From contig CAVUWD010000014.1 of NCBI GenBank assembly GCA_963745025.1, positions 1-64,000 of the forward strand: a DNA stretch of 64,000 bases. Reading direction: 5' to 3'. Made by a program: the position numbers and the translations under genes. Positions 41,364 through 51,488 of this stretch are shown here, piece by piece; position 1 is the first letter of the stretch; each line of letters begins with the position of its first letter. The stretch is from an uncultured delta proteobacterium. Its GTDB lineage: Bacteria; Desulfobacterota; Binatia; JACPRU01. The notes under the pieces were generated by a model. The model was given only the letters and a program-made list of their open reading frames with translations, searched no databases and had not been told where the DNA came from.

Positions 41364-43418
41364 TTGATCATCGCCCTCGGCCTCGGGGTCGTCTACTTCG
41401 TCACGGGCAAGCTCGGTCTCGCGGTTGCGTTCGTTCACCCGAGCGCCACGCCGATCTGGCCACCGGCGGGCATCGCCCTGGCGGCCGTCTTGGTGCTCGG
41501 ACGCAGCATCTGGCCGGTCATCACCATCGGGGCGTTCCTCGTCAACTTGACGACGTGGGGCTCGTGGGAAACGTCGCTCGCGATCGCGCTCGGCAACACG
41601 CTGGAAGCGCTGGTGGGCGGCGCCCTCGCCGAGCGATTCGCAAACGGCGCCCGCTGCTTCGTGCGCGGCCGAGACGTCGTGCGCTTCGTCCTCTTCACGG
41701 GGTTCGTGAGCACGATGGTGAGCGCCACGATCGGGGTGACGGCTCTCAGCCTCGCAGGATACGCGAGGTGGTCGGACTGCGGCTCGATCTGGCTGACGTG
41801 GTGGCTGGGCGATACGGGGAGCGACCTCGTCGTCGCTCCGTTCCTCGTTCTCTGGGCGACGAACTCTCAGCTGGATTGGGACGCGACTCGAGCGCTCGAA
41901 GCGTCGGCGCTCCTCTTGGCGATCGCCATACTCAGCGTCTTCGCGATCTTCCCGTGGCCTCCGCTGCCGGGATCCGGCTACCCCGTCGCATTCCTCTCGT
42001 TTCCGTTGATTCTCTGGGCGGCCTTTGGATTCGGGCCTCGCGAAACGGCAACGGTGGTCCTGCTGCTGTCGGCGCTCTCGGTGTGGAGCACGCTGCATGG
42101 CCTCGGTCCCTTCACTCTGACCTCGCCCAACGAGTCGCTTCTGCTGCTCGATTCCTTCCTCATCGTCGCTTCGCTCACGGGAATGGGCCTCGCCGCGGTG
42201 GTCCACGAGCAACAATCCACGGCGCAGGCGCTGAAGAACGCGGAGCGCCGGCTGCAGGGCCTTCTTCGTTACGAGCAAGCCGAGCGGCGGCAAGCCGAAG
42301 CGATCAGCAAGGCGAAGGACCAGTTCCTGGCGGTTCTCGGCCACGAGCTGCGGAGCCCGCTTTCCGCGCTCAGCCACGCGATCGCGGCGCTCGGGCGAGG
42401 CGCCGAGCAGGAGCCGCGGGTCGCTCGACTGCACGCGATCATCGAGCGACAGGCTCGCTACCTGACCCGCCTGGTCGACGACCTCCTCGACGTCTCGCGC
42501 CTCGACTCCGGAAAGATCCGGCTGGCCCCCGAGGTACTCGACTTGAAGGAGGTCGCCGAACGCTGCCTCAGCTCCTTCGGCGAGACGGGGGCCTGGGGAG
42601 AACGCATCGTCTCCACCGCGCTCGAGTCGGCGTGGGTGCGCGCGGACGCGACCCGGCTCTACCAGGTCGTCACGAACCTTCTCGACAACGCGACGAAGTT
42701 CACGCCCGCGGGCGGACGAATCGAGGTGGCGGTGCGTCCGGACGACGGCCATGCGGTGCTCGAGGTCAAAGACAATGGACGGGGAATCGATCCGGCTACG
42801 CGGCCACGCATCTTCGATTTCTTCGCCCAGGCCGATGACTCGCTGGATCGCTCGCACGGCGGGCTCGGCATCGGGCTTACCATCGTTCGCCGGCTGGTCG
42901 AGATGCACGACGGCAGCGTCGAGGCGCGGAGCGAGGGGCCGGGCCGGGGCAGCGAGTTCGTCGTGCGGCTTCCGCTTCGCGCCGCGCCGCCCGTCGCGCG
43001 GCCTGCCCCGAGCCCGGCGCTCGCGTCAGCCGCGCGGCAGTGTCTCCGCGTGCTCGTCGTCGAGGACTACGAGGATTCTCGAGTCGCGCTCGAGGTCTAC
43101 CTCGGGCTACTCGGCCACACCGTGCAGAGCGCCGCGGATGGGTTGCGGGGCGTAGAGCTCGCACGCGAGTGGCGGCCTGACGCCGCTCTCGTCGACATCG
43201 GCCTTCCCGGCCTCAGCGGCTACGACGTCGCCAGGAGAATCCGCACCTCCGCGGGCGGGAACGACATGCTCCTGATCGCCATCACCGGCTACGGGCAAGC
43301 AGAGGTGAGACGACGCGCCCTGGACGCGGGGTTCAGCGATTGTCTGGTGAAGCCGGTGAAGCCGCGAGAGCTCGCGTGGCTGCTCTCGAGCCGGTTGCGG
43401 CCGGCCGCCGTCGGATAG
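41364..43418 (+). CDS. MASE1-domain hybrid histidine kinase
   Basis: IWPPAGIALA, WWLGD, FLAVLGHELRSP, REC DIGLPG. Confidence 0.92.
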   Translation: MIIALGLGVVYFVTGKLGLAVAFVHPSATPIWPPAGIALAAVLVLGRSIWPVITIGAFLVNLTTWGSWETSLAIALGNTLEALVGGALAERFANGARCFVRGRDVVRFVLFTGFVSTMVSATIGVTALSLAGYARWSDCGSIWLTWWLGDTGSDLVVAPFLVLWATNSQLDWDATRALEASALLLAIAILSVFAIFPWPPLPGSGYPVAFLSFPLILWAAFGFGPRETATVVLLLSALSVWSTLHGLGPFTLTSPNESLLLLDSFLIVASLTGMGLAAVVHEQQSTAQALKNAERRLQGLLRYEQAERRQAEAISKAKDQFLAVLGHELRSPLSALSHAIAALGRGAEQEPRVARLHAIIERQARYLTRLVDDLLDVSRLDSGKIRLAPEVLDLKEVAERCLSSFGETGAWGERIVSTALESAWVRADATRLYQVVTNLLDNATKFTPAGGRIEVAVRPDDGHAVLEVKDNGRGIDPATRPRIFDFFAQADDSLDRSHGGLGIGLTIVRRLVEMHDGSVEARSEGPGRGSEFVVRLPLRAAPPVARPAPSPALASAARQCLRVLVVEDYEDSRVALEVYLGLLGHTVQSAADGLRGVELAREWRPDAALVDIGLPGLSGYDVARRIRTSAGGNDMLLIAITGYGQAEVRRRALDAGFSDCLVKPVKPRELAWLLSSRLRPAAVG

Positions 43419-43685
43419 GCGAGCGGGCGCGCCGACGAATGGGGGCACGACGGATCACCCGTTCGGCCGTGGTTTCGAGTATTGTCCTCGAAAGAGCCTC
43501 GTCGCTGACCGCGCGCGCGAGAATCAGGCCACCGGCCATTACACAGCTTCGGCCACGGCGGCCGTCTGTGGCCCTTCGATACCTGACGGTACGGCCCTCG
43601 GATCGGTCAACCAAACCGGCACGTCGCACGTCTATAGGGGCAAGCGCTCGATAGCGGGCGCATCGATGAACCAAAGGATCATTCT

Positions 43686-44087
43686 ATGAGACCACTCAAG
43701 CTCATCACTCTGGTTGCGCCGATCACCATGGCGCTCATGGCCGCACCGGCCTTCGCACATGGCGGAGGTGATCGAGGCGCGTGTCGCGCGGACGTTCAAC
43801 GGCTGTGCCCGGACATCACCCCCGGCCCGGGCAGTCGGAAGAGCGTTCATGACTGTCTCGAGCGGAACACCGCCAACCTGTCCCCGACGTGCCAACAGCA
43901 GCTGACTCGAAGGCAAGCCAAAATGGACCAGGCCCGACAAGCCTGCCAGGCCGACATCCAAAATCTCTGCAGTGACGTCGGCTCCGATCCGCACGCGACG
44001 TCCAAATGTCTCTTCCAGCATCGGACCGATCTCTCTGCAACCTGTAGCGATGCACTTCCGCACCATCACCGCGATGGCGGCTCGTAG
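43686..44087 (+). CDS. Secreted cysteine-rich repeat protein
   Basis: Signal peptide; two repeats AC.AD.Q.LC...CL....LS.TC. Confidence 0.85.
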   Translation: MRPLKLITLVAPITMALMAAPAFAHGGGDRGACRADVQRLCPDITPGPGSRKSVHDCLERNTANLSPTCQQQLTRRQAKMDQARQACQADIQNLCSDVGSDPHATSKCLFQHRTDLSATCSDALPHHHRDGGS

Positions 44088-44493
44088 TTGGTGGAAATGA
44101 GAAAGGGCGCGAGGGACATCACCTGTACCTCCACGCCCAGCGACTACACCCCGCGCAGCCCTGGCCCTGTCCGCTGGTGATCTGGGCGCGGTGTCGGACG
44201 TGCTCGTTCCTCGACTACGATAACGCCGGCACGCCGTAGTGCGCGGCGGCTGGAAGATCTGGAAGATGCGGAGTGTGATCCAGGGATCCGACTCGGGTGA
44301 GAGCCTCCTTGTTCTCGTCGAATCGCACGGCTCGCCAGGGCGTTCCGATCGTCACCGAGTCGAGCGGGGTTCTCCTTTACGGATGGGTCCAAATGGCGCA
44401 TTGCACCGGACCAGGGATCGAGCTAGGTCCGTCGCCGCACCTGTCGGCCCCGTCGGCGATATGAGGCGGCGCCTTCGAACCACGGAGATTGGG

Positions 44494-45339
44494 ATGGACC
44501 GAGCAGGCTTCACACAGTCGTTCTCCCTGCCAATCGGAACGGGCGGCGCGTACCCACCGCCCCCGTACACGTATCGCGGCGTCGAGGACATCTTCGTCGC
44601 CTACGAGAGCTCGCGAGTGGGCGTCGACGCGCTTCTACCGCCCGGGGTCACCGCGGCCGACCGGACGCCGACGTGCATCGCCTGGGCTCGATGGGTGCCG
44701 TTCTCGACGTTCGGCCCCTATCACGAGGCCTACATCATGATCCGCGCGTCGTTCGAGGGGCAGACCTATCTCTACCAGCCGTTCATCTTCACCGACAACG
44801 AGATCCCGCTCGTGGCCGGCCGCGAGATCTGGGGCTACGCGAAGAAGCTCGCCGTCATGGAGCGTTCATGGGGCGGCGCCGGATCGCCGTTCGGCGAGCA
44901 GCTCGTCTTCACCGTCGAGCGCCCGCGAGGGCAGCGGATCCTGACGGTGTCGATGGCCTGCGACCGGCTCTGCGACCCAGCGAGCCTCGAAGACCTTCCC
45001 GTGCTCTCGACCCGCCTCATCCCCAACGCCGAGCACGGCCGGCGCCCTTCGGTCGCAGAACTCGTGCGGCTCGACGTGGCCGCGCCCATCCACCGAAGTG
45101 CGGACGGCACGCCGAAGCTCTGGACCGGGCGGGCCTCGATCACGATGGATGCGCGCTCCGAGGTCGACCCCTGGCACCTGCTCGCCCCGACGCGGGTTCT
45201 CCAGGGCTGGTTCGGCGTCTTCGACTTCGATCTGCACCACGGCAAGGTCGTCCACGACTACCTCGCGGACGACGACCTTTGGGCGGACGGCCGACGTGCC
45301 GGCAGCTCGAAAGCGACACCCTCCGCCCGCACGAAGTAG
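44494..45339 (+). CDS. Acetoacetate decarboxylase family protein
   Basis: YPPPPY.YR, GPYHEA, GREIWGYAKK. Confidence 0.88.
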   Translation: MDRAGFTQSFSLPIGTGGAYPPPPYTYRGVEDIFVAYESSRVGVDALLPPGVTAADRTPTCIAWARWVPFSTFGPYHEAYIMIRASFEGQTYLYQPFIFTDNEIPLVAGREIWGYAKKLAVMERSWGGAGSPFGEQLVFTVERPRGQRILTVSMACDRLCDPASLEDLPVLSTRLIPNAEHGRRPSVAELVRLDVAAPIHRSADGTPKLWTGRASITMDARSEVDPWHLLAPTRVLQGWFGVFDFDLHHGKVVHDYLADDDLWADGRRAGSSKATPSARTK

Positions 45340-45541
45340 TCCGGCGGGTGGGCGCGATCCCGCTCCCCTGCGCATTGCCCCACGTGCCCATGTGGTGGGC
45401 AGCGCCTCAATATTCGGCGAGGCTCGCGGCGATTTCGGCAACGTCGGCGGCCGAAATCGGGGCTACCCGCGGTGGTCGGATTTTTGCAGGTGACATCTCG
45501 AGACTGCAATGGGGTGAGGCCGCCGCGCAGGGACGGCATCC

Positions 45542-47422
45542 ATGAGGCTCCAGTACGTGCCGGGCGCACCAAAAGCGGCCATCGTCCGTTCGCCGATCGA
45601 GATGCATCTCGAGGCGATCCACGCGCGATACGCCGATCTGCGCGAGGGCACGGTCGCCACCTACATCCCCGAGCTCGCCAAGGCCAATCCCGACTGGTTC
45701 GCGATCTGCTTGGCGACCAACGACGGGCATCTCTACGAGATCGGAGACAGCGGCCGGACGTTCACGATCCAGTCGATCTCCAAGCCGTTCGTCTATGGTC
45801 TGGCCATCGAGGACCGGGGTCGCGAGACGGTGCTGCAACGGATCGGGGTGGAGCCGACGGGCGACGCCTTCAATGCCATCAGCCTCGAATCCAACAGCGG
45901 TCGGCCCTTCAACCCGATGATCAACGCCGGAGCGATCACGGCCAGTTCACTGATCGCGGGTCACTCCCCCGACGACAAGCGCGAGCGGCTGCTCGCGCTG
46001 TTGTCGACGTATGCCGGTCGCCCGCTCGCCCTCGATCATGCAGTCTACGAATCGGAGCGCGGCACCGGGCATCGCAACCGCGCGATCGGTCACCTGCTGC
46101 GCAACTTCGACATCGTCACCGAGGATCCGGAGCCGGCGCTCGATCTGTACTTCCGCCAGTGCTCCGTCGCCGTGACGTGCCGCGATCTCGCCCTCATGGC
46201 GGCGACGCTCGCCAACGGAGGCGTTCACCCGATCAGCGGCGAACGCGCGATCCGCGAAGACGTCGTGCCCGACGTGCTGAGCGTGATGACGACCTGCGGG
46301 ATGTACGACTTCGCCGGCGAGTGGGTGTATCGCGTCGGAATGCCGGCCAAGAGCGGTGTGGCGGGGGGCATCCTGGCGGTGCTGCCCGGGCAGTTCGGAA
46401 TCGGCGTCTTCTCGCCGCCGCTCGACGCGCGCGGCAACAGCGCGCGAGGCGTGGCGGTCTGCAGGGACCTGTCGCTCGATTTGGCTCTTCACTGCCTGCG
46501 TGCCACGCCCCTGTCGCGCTCGACGATCCGCTCCAGGTACAACGTGGCCAACGTCCGATCGAAGATGCGCCGCCCGGAGCACGAGCGCACGCTTCTCGAT
46601 TCGGTGGGCGATCGCGCCGCCGTCTACGAGCTACAGGGCGATCTCGTGTTCGGCACAGTCGAGCCGATCGTTCGGCGTATCTCGGAGCAGAGCGGCGACG
46701 TCGATCTCGTTCTTCTCGACATGCAACGCGTGAAGCGCGCCAACGCACCCGCCATGCGAGTGCTCCGCGACCTCTGCCTCGAGGCTCGCGCGCACGGCAA
46801 GCCGCTGCTTTTCGTCGGTGCCGAGCGCCAGCCGGGATTCCTGCGGGTGATCGAAGAGGCGCTGGCGGAGCGCGGTGAAGCCGCGCGCAGCCTCAACTTC
46901 GCCGATCTGGATCCGGCGCTCGAATGGTGCGAGGAGCAGTTGCTCCGCCGCCACGGCAGCGCCTTGCCGGCCCTGCGGGCGAGCGCGACGCTATCTGCCC
47001 AGGAGATCTGCCGCGGCCTCGACGACGACGCGCTGGCCGTGCTCGAGGCGCTGATGGTGAGAAAGCGATTCGCGTCGGGCGAGCTCGTCGTCCGCGTCGG
47101 GGAGGCCGCCGACGCCATGTACTTCCTTCTGGAGGGCCGCGTGAGCGTGGTGATGAACCGCGACACCGGGGAACCGCAGCGGCTGACCACGCTCTCCCCG
47201 GGCATGGCGTTCGGCGAGCTGGCTCTAGTGACTCGCGCGCGGCGCTCCGCCGACGTGCGCGCCGACACCGTCGTCGACTGCTACGTGCTCTCGGCCGATG
47301 CCTTCGAGCGGCTCGGCAAAAGGCACCCCGCCGTCAAGATGCAGCTCCTCGAAAACGTGCTCCGCCAGGCGCTCGACGTAGTCGCTCGCCTCAACCAGGA
47401 GGTCGTGGCGCGACAGCATTGA
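45542..47422 (+). CDS. glsA: Glutaminase A with STAS and cNMP-binding domains
   Basis: YIPELA, FTIQSISKPF, NPMINAGAI, CGMYD, PAKSGVAGG; C-terminal FGELAL...RSADV. Confidence 0.93.
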   Translation: MRLQYVPGAPKAAIVRSPIEMHLEAIHARYADLREGTVATYIPELAKANPDWFAICLATNDGHLYEIGDSGRTFTIQSISKPFVYGLAIEDRGRETVLQRIGVEPTGDAFNAISLESNSGRPFNPMINAGAITASSLIAGHSPDDKRERLLALLSTYAGRPLALDHAVYESERGTGHRNRAIGHLLRNFDIVTEDPEPALDLYFRQCSVAVTCRDLALMAATLANGGVHPISGERAIREDVVPDVLSVMTTCGMYDFAGEWVYRVGMPAKSGVAGGILAVLPGQFGIGVFSPPLDARGNSARGVAVCRDLSLDLALHCLRATPLSRSTIRSRYNVANVRSKMRRPEHERTLLDSVGDRAAVYELQGDLVFGTVEPIVRRISEQSGDVDLVLLDMQRVKRANAPAMRVLRDLCLEARAHGKPLLFVGAERQPGFLRVIEEALAERGEAARSLNFADLDPALEWCEEQLLRRHGSALPALRASATLSAQEICRGLDDDALAVLEALMVRKRFASGELVVRVGEAADAMYFLLEGRVSVVMNRDTGEPQRLTTLSPGMAFGELALVTRARRSADVRADTVVDCYVLSADAFERLGKRHPAVKMQLLENVLRQALDVVARLNQEVVARQH

Positions 47423-47649
47423 TCCGTTCGCCGCTCACGTGAGGGCACGCACGTTTCGTTGATCGGGCCGCAAGGTTGCGGTGGATACCCTGGCGCAGAT
47501 CGCCGCGCGCATACGGGTCCCCTCGGATTACGGCGTTGACTTCCAACGCTGGCTCTTCGGGCGCTAATACCGACTATCCGCAGCCGGCGCGCCGGCATTC
47601 TGTGGGTCGTTCACTTGAATCGAGATGGTAATAGGTAAGGAGGTTCGCG

Positions 47650-48798
47650 ATGGACTTCAGCTTTACTGAAGAGCAGGAGCTTTTTCGGCAAACAGTGCGC
47701 CAGTTCAGCGAGCGCGAGGTGCGACCGCACTACGCGGAGCGCGAGCGAATGGACTATGATCTGCCGTCCTTCCTGCAGAAAATGGCGCAACTGGATCTGC
47801 TGGGGCTTCGCGTTCCGGTGGAATACGGCGGCGTCGACACTTCTTATGTCAATGTGGGTATCGCCACGGAGGAGCTCTCTCGCGGCGATTACAACGTCGG
47901 TACGCTCATCGTAAGCAACGTGATCAGCGCCGAGATCCTGAGCCGGCATGCCAGCGAGCGCGTGAAAGAGGAGTGGCTGCGCGACATCGTCACCGGCCGC
48001 CGGCGCGTCGCCCTCGCACTTACCGAGCCCCACAGCGGCTCCGACGCCGTTGCGCTGACAACGCGGGCCGTGCTCGACGGCGATGAATATGTGATCACGG
48101 GCGAGAAGTCCTCCACCAGTCAAGTTGACGCCGACGCCTGCATCGTATTCGTGCGCACGCGCCAAGTGGCGGGTGCGCGCGGCGTCAGCGCGATCCTCGT
48201 GCCGCTCGACGCGCCGGGACTAGGCACCTCACGCTTCACCGACCTTGGTATGAAGCTCAGCCGTCGTGGCGCGCTGCACCTTGACGGCGTGCGCGTCCCG
48301 GCGCACAACCTGGTCGGCGAGGAGGGGCAGGGCTTCTACGCTGTGATGAACCAGTTCGACTACAGCCGCGCGGTCATCGCCATTCAGTGCGTGGCCACGG
48401 CCATGCAGTCGGTGGACGAGACGATCGAGTACGTGAAGACGAGGACCGCCTTCGGGCAGCCAATCGCGCGCTATGAGGGTGTCTCGTTTCCGATCGCCGA
48501 GGCGATGACGAAGCTGGAGGCGGCGCGGCTGCTTTGCTACAAGGCGCTCTGGCTCCGTGATATGAACCTGCCGCACGCCAAAGAGGCGGCGATGACGAAG
48601 TGGCTCGGACCGAAGCTAGCGGTGGAGGCGATACACCAGATGCTTCTGCTGCACGGGCACGCCGGCTATAGTAACGACTACCCGCACGAGCAACGGCTGC
48701 GCGACGTGATCGGCCACCAGATCGGTGATGGGACCGGCGAGATAATGAAGCTGATCATCGCGCGCGAGATGTTGGGGCGTGAGTTCCGGCCACGCTAG
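47650..48798 (+). CDS. Acyl-CoA dehydrogenase (cyclohexanecarboxyl-CoA dehydrogenase-like)
   Basis: LTEPHSGSDA, TGEKSS, R.AFGQPI, HGHAGY, RDVIGHQIGDGT; GGAGG RBS. Confidence 0.88.
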   Translation: MDFSFTEEQELFRQTVRQFSEREVRPHYAERERMDYDLPSFLQKMAQLDLLGLRVPVEYGGVDTSYVNVGIATEELSRGDYNVGTLIVSNVISAEILSRHASERVKEEWLRDIVTGRRRVALALTEPHSGSDAVALTTRAVLDGDEYVITGEKSSTSQVDADACIVFVRTRQVAGARGVSAILVPLDAPGLGTSRFTDLGMKLSRRGALHLDGVRVPAHNLVGEEGQGFYAVMNQFDYSRAVIAIQCVATAMQSVDETIEYVKTRTAFGQPIARYEGVSFPIAEAMTKLEAARLLCYKALWLRDMNLPHAKEAAMTKWLGPKLAVEAIHQMLLLHGHAGYSNDYPHEQRLRDVIGHQIGDGTGEIMKLIIAREMLGREFRPR

Positions 48799-49586
48799 TG
48801 GTGGTGACGGCGGGGATCGACATCGGCCACGAGAGCGTCAGCGTCGTCGTCCTGGACGACGACGCGATTCTGGGCCAAGCGACGTTCGTCATTTCGGGAG
48901 AAGTGGGCGCGACGGCGAGGCTCGCATTCGAACAGACGCTCGATCGACTGGGGATCGCGCGGGCCAGCATCGACCGCATCTTCGCCACCGGGGTCGAGCG
49001 AGAGAAGGTCGCGCTCGCCGACGGTCACCGAACGCAGATGCTGAGCCATGCCCGCGGGGCGCACTGGTGGTTCCCGGGCGCCCGTACCGTCATCGACGTC
49101 GGCGCCGAGGGCAGTCGCGCAATGCGCTGCGACGCCAGCGGCCAGCTCACGAACTTCGCCCTCAACGACAAGTGTGCGTCCGGCTCGGGCGTGTTCCTGG
49201 AGACCGTTGCCGGGATGCTCGACGTCCCTCTCGCCGACATGGGCGCCCTGTCGTTGCGAGCGCCCAGACCGGTCGTGCTGACCAGCACCTGCGCGGTGTT
49301 CGCCGAGTCGGAGATCGTCGCGGAGATCCATCGCGGTACCTCGACGGAAGACATCCTCCGGGGGGTGAACGAGTCGATGGTCTCGAAGATCGCCGCCATC
49401 GGCCGGCGCGTGGGCATCGTGCCCGACGTCGTGCTCACCGGAGGGGTTGCCCGGAACGTCGGCGTCGTCCAGGCGCTCCGGGAGCTGCTCGAGATGGATG
49501 TGGCGGTGCCGGAGCATCCCGAGATCACCGGCGCGCTGGGCGCGGCGCTGCTCGCCCGGGAGCCCGCGGGAGCCGCTCGAGCATGA
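48798..49586 (+). CDS. ASKHA ATPase activase subunit (BzdP/BcrD-like)
   Basis: TAGIDIG, VIDVGAE, NDKCASGSG, STCAVFAESE. Confidence 0.88.
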   Translation: MVVTAGIDIGHESVSVVVLDDDAILGQATFVISGEVGATARLAFEQTLDRLGIARASIDRIFATGVEREKVALADGHRTQMLSHARGAHWWFPGARTVIDVGAEGSRAMRCDASGQLTNFALNDKCASGSGVFLETVAGMLDVPLADMGALSLRAPRPVVLTSTCAVFAESEIVAEIHRGTSTEDILRGVNESMVSKIAAIGRRVGIVPDVVLTGGVARNVGVVQALRELLEMDVAVPEHPEITGALGAALLAREPAGAARA

Positions 49587-50380
49587 TCGTCTGCGGGATC
49601 GACGTCGGCGCTCGCACCGCCAAGGCGGTGGTGCTGGCTGATGGCAAGATCGCGGCCCATAGCGTCATCGGCACGGGTCCGCAGAGCGCCGCGGCGGCGG
49701 TGGCAGCATTCGAAGCGGCCATGGCGACGACGTCCCTGCGCCGCGAGGACGTCGAGTTCACCGTGGCCACCGGGTACGGCCGCGTCGTGGTGCCGTTCGC
49801 CCAGCGGAACGTGACCGAGATCGCCTGCCACGCTCGGGGAAGCCATCACTTCTTCCCCGAGGTCCGGACCATCCTCGACATGGGGGGCCAGGACTGCAAG
49901 GCGATCCGCTGCGACGAGACGGGAAAGGTCACCAATTTCCTGATGAACGACAAGTGTGCGGCGGGCACCGGCCGCTCCCTCGAAGTCATGGCGTCCCTGC
50001 TCCAGGTGCGTCTCGAGGACGTCGGTCCGCTCTCCCTGGAGGCGAACAACGGGCTCGCGAAGATCAGCAATACCTGCGTCGTCTTCGCGAAGTCCGAGGT
50101 GCTGGCCCTCGCGCGTCAGGGCGTGCCCACGCGCGACATTCTCGGCGGGTTGTGCGACGGCGTCGCCGACCGCGTGAAGCGGCTCCTCCGCGCGGTGGGC
50201 GTGGAGGAGGACTTCGTGATCAGCGGCGGGATCTCGAAGAACGTCGGCGTCGTGCGCCGCATCGAGCAGAAGCTCGGCGTGATGTCGCACATCTGCTTCG
50301 AGCCACAGATCGTCGGCGCCGTGGGCGCGGCGCTGTTCGCGCAGGCCTTCCTGGAACGGAAGGCTTCGACGGGACCGTAG
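49583..50380 (+). CDS. ASKHA ATPase activase subunit (BzdQ/BcrA-like)
   Basis: ATGYGR, TEIACHARG, ILDMGGQDCKAI.CD..GKVTNFLMNDKCAAGTGR, CVVFAKSE. Confidence 0.9.
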   Translation: MIVCGIDVGARTAKAVVLADGKIAAHSVIGTGPQSAAAAVAAFEAAMATTSLRREDVEFTVATGYGRVVVPFAQRNVTEIACHARGSHHFFPEVRTILDMGGQDCKAIRCDETGKVTNFLMNDKCAAGTGRSLEVMASLLQVRLEDVGPLSLEANNGLAKISNTCVVFAKSEVLALARQGVPTRDILGGLCDGVADRVKRLLRAVGVEEDFVISGGISKNVGVVRRIEQKLGVMSHICFEPQIVGAVGAALFAQAFLERKASTGP

Positions 50381-50384
50381 CGCT

Positions 50385-51488
50385 CTACGCGAGCGATTCG
50401 ATGAACGACTGGACTCGCACGTTCAGCTGCTCGATCGAGCCCGGCGTCGCCTCGGCCTCCAGCTTGAGGTGCGGCAGCTTCCAGCGCTCGAAGCGCTCCT
50501 TCAGCACGGCGTACTCGAACGCGTACGCGTCGCAGTAAAGCTGGACGAGATAGATCAGGCCCTCGGCTCCCGCCCGGCTCATCGCTTCCCGGATCCCGTT
50601 CGCCCGATCTTCCACGGGGTACATCCCCGGCGCCGGCACCGTGCGCAGGTAGCCCCGGGCGAGAGCCCGGAACGGGTCCCCGTCGGTCGGCACGTCGGCG
50701 GAGCCGTACCGCGCGTTGCGGATGAAGTCGTCCGTGACCACGGTCGCGCCGTACTTCTCGACCATCCGGATCACGTCCAGTGACATGGGAATGTTGAGCG
50801 CGGACAGCATCAGCTTTGGGCCGGACTTGGGCTCCCCCGGCGACAGCGAGGCGAGCAGCTGCCGCAGCAAGGCGTTGTGCTCCTCCACGGGCGTCGTCAG
50901 CGCCGACGCGAAGACGTACACGGCGTCCTCGGCCGAGATGCCCGCGGTCGGACGGGTCTCGTAGAAGCGGCGGAACAGGGCACGGTTCTCGTTGAACAGC
51001 GCAATCGACTCCCGGAGGCTGTCGTCGGCGACCGGCTGGCCCGACACCCTTCCCAGCTCGGCCGCGAGGCGTCTCAGCTCCTTCGTGAAGTAGTCGATGG
51101 CCCCCTCGTCGTTCTTCGCCGGCGTGCGGACGAGCCAGTGGTTCGAGAACGCGCGCTGGTGCACCCAGATGTCGAGCATGTGCCGGTTGGTGTCGCAGAC
51201 GGTGGACACCATGACGCCCTCCATGTAGCCGAGGACGCTGGACGCGATCTGGCCCGCCAGGTTCTTGCTCATGCCGCACATGTACGGAAGCAGACCCGAC
51301 TTCGCCTCGTACCGCGAATCCCGGTCCTCGACGAGCTGGACGGGCACCATCCCGGCCGCGTGCACGAGCTCTTTCGGCGCCAGCCCATAGAAGCACGCGA
51401 CGATCTTCTTGCCCCGCTGCTCGAGCGCGCGCGCGCGCTCGTGTCGCGTCTCGAACCGCTCTCTGAATCCGACGATCGCGTTCGTCAC
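50385..51488 (-). CDS. HGD-D family subunit (BzdN/BcrC-like)
   Basis: PKELVHAAG, LPYMC, STVCD, YCD, RVQSFIE. Confidence 0.85.
   Translation of the reverse strand: MTNAIVGFRERFETRHERARALEQRGKKIVACFYGLAPKELVHAAGMVPVQLVEDRDSRYEAKSGLLPYMCGMSKNLAGQIASSVLGYMEGVMVSTVCDTNRHMLDIWVHQRAFSNHWLVRTPAKNDEGAIDYFTKELRRLAAELGRVSGQPVADDSLRESIALFNENRALFRRFYETRPTAGISAEDAVYVFASALTTPVEEHNALLRQLLASLSPGEPKSGPKLMLSALNIPMSLDVIRMVEKYGATVVTDDFIRNARYGSADVPTDGDPFRALARGYLRTVPAPGMYPVEDRANGIREAMSRAGAEGLIYLVQLYCDAYAFEYAVLKERFERWKLPHLKLEAEATPGSIEQLNVRVQSFIESLA

Noticed and set aside
43440-43545. TetR C-terminal remnant (MAGGLILARAVSDEALSRTILE) on the minus strand
   Set aside because: Short, with no HTH or start context; unverified
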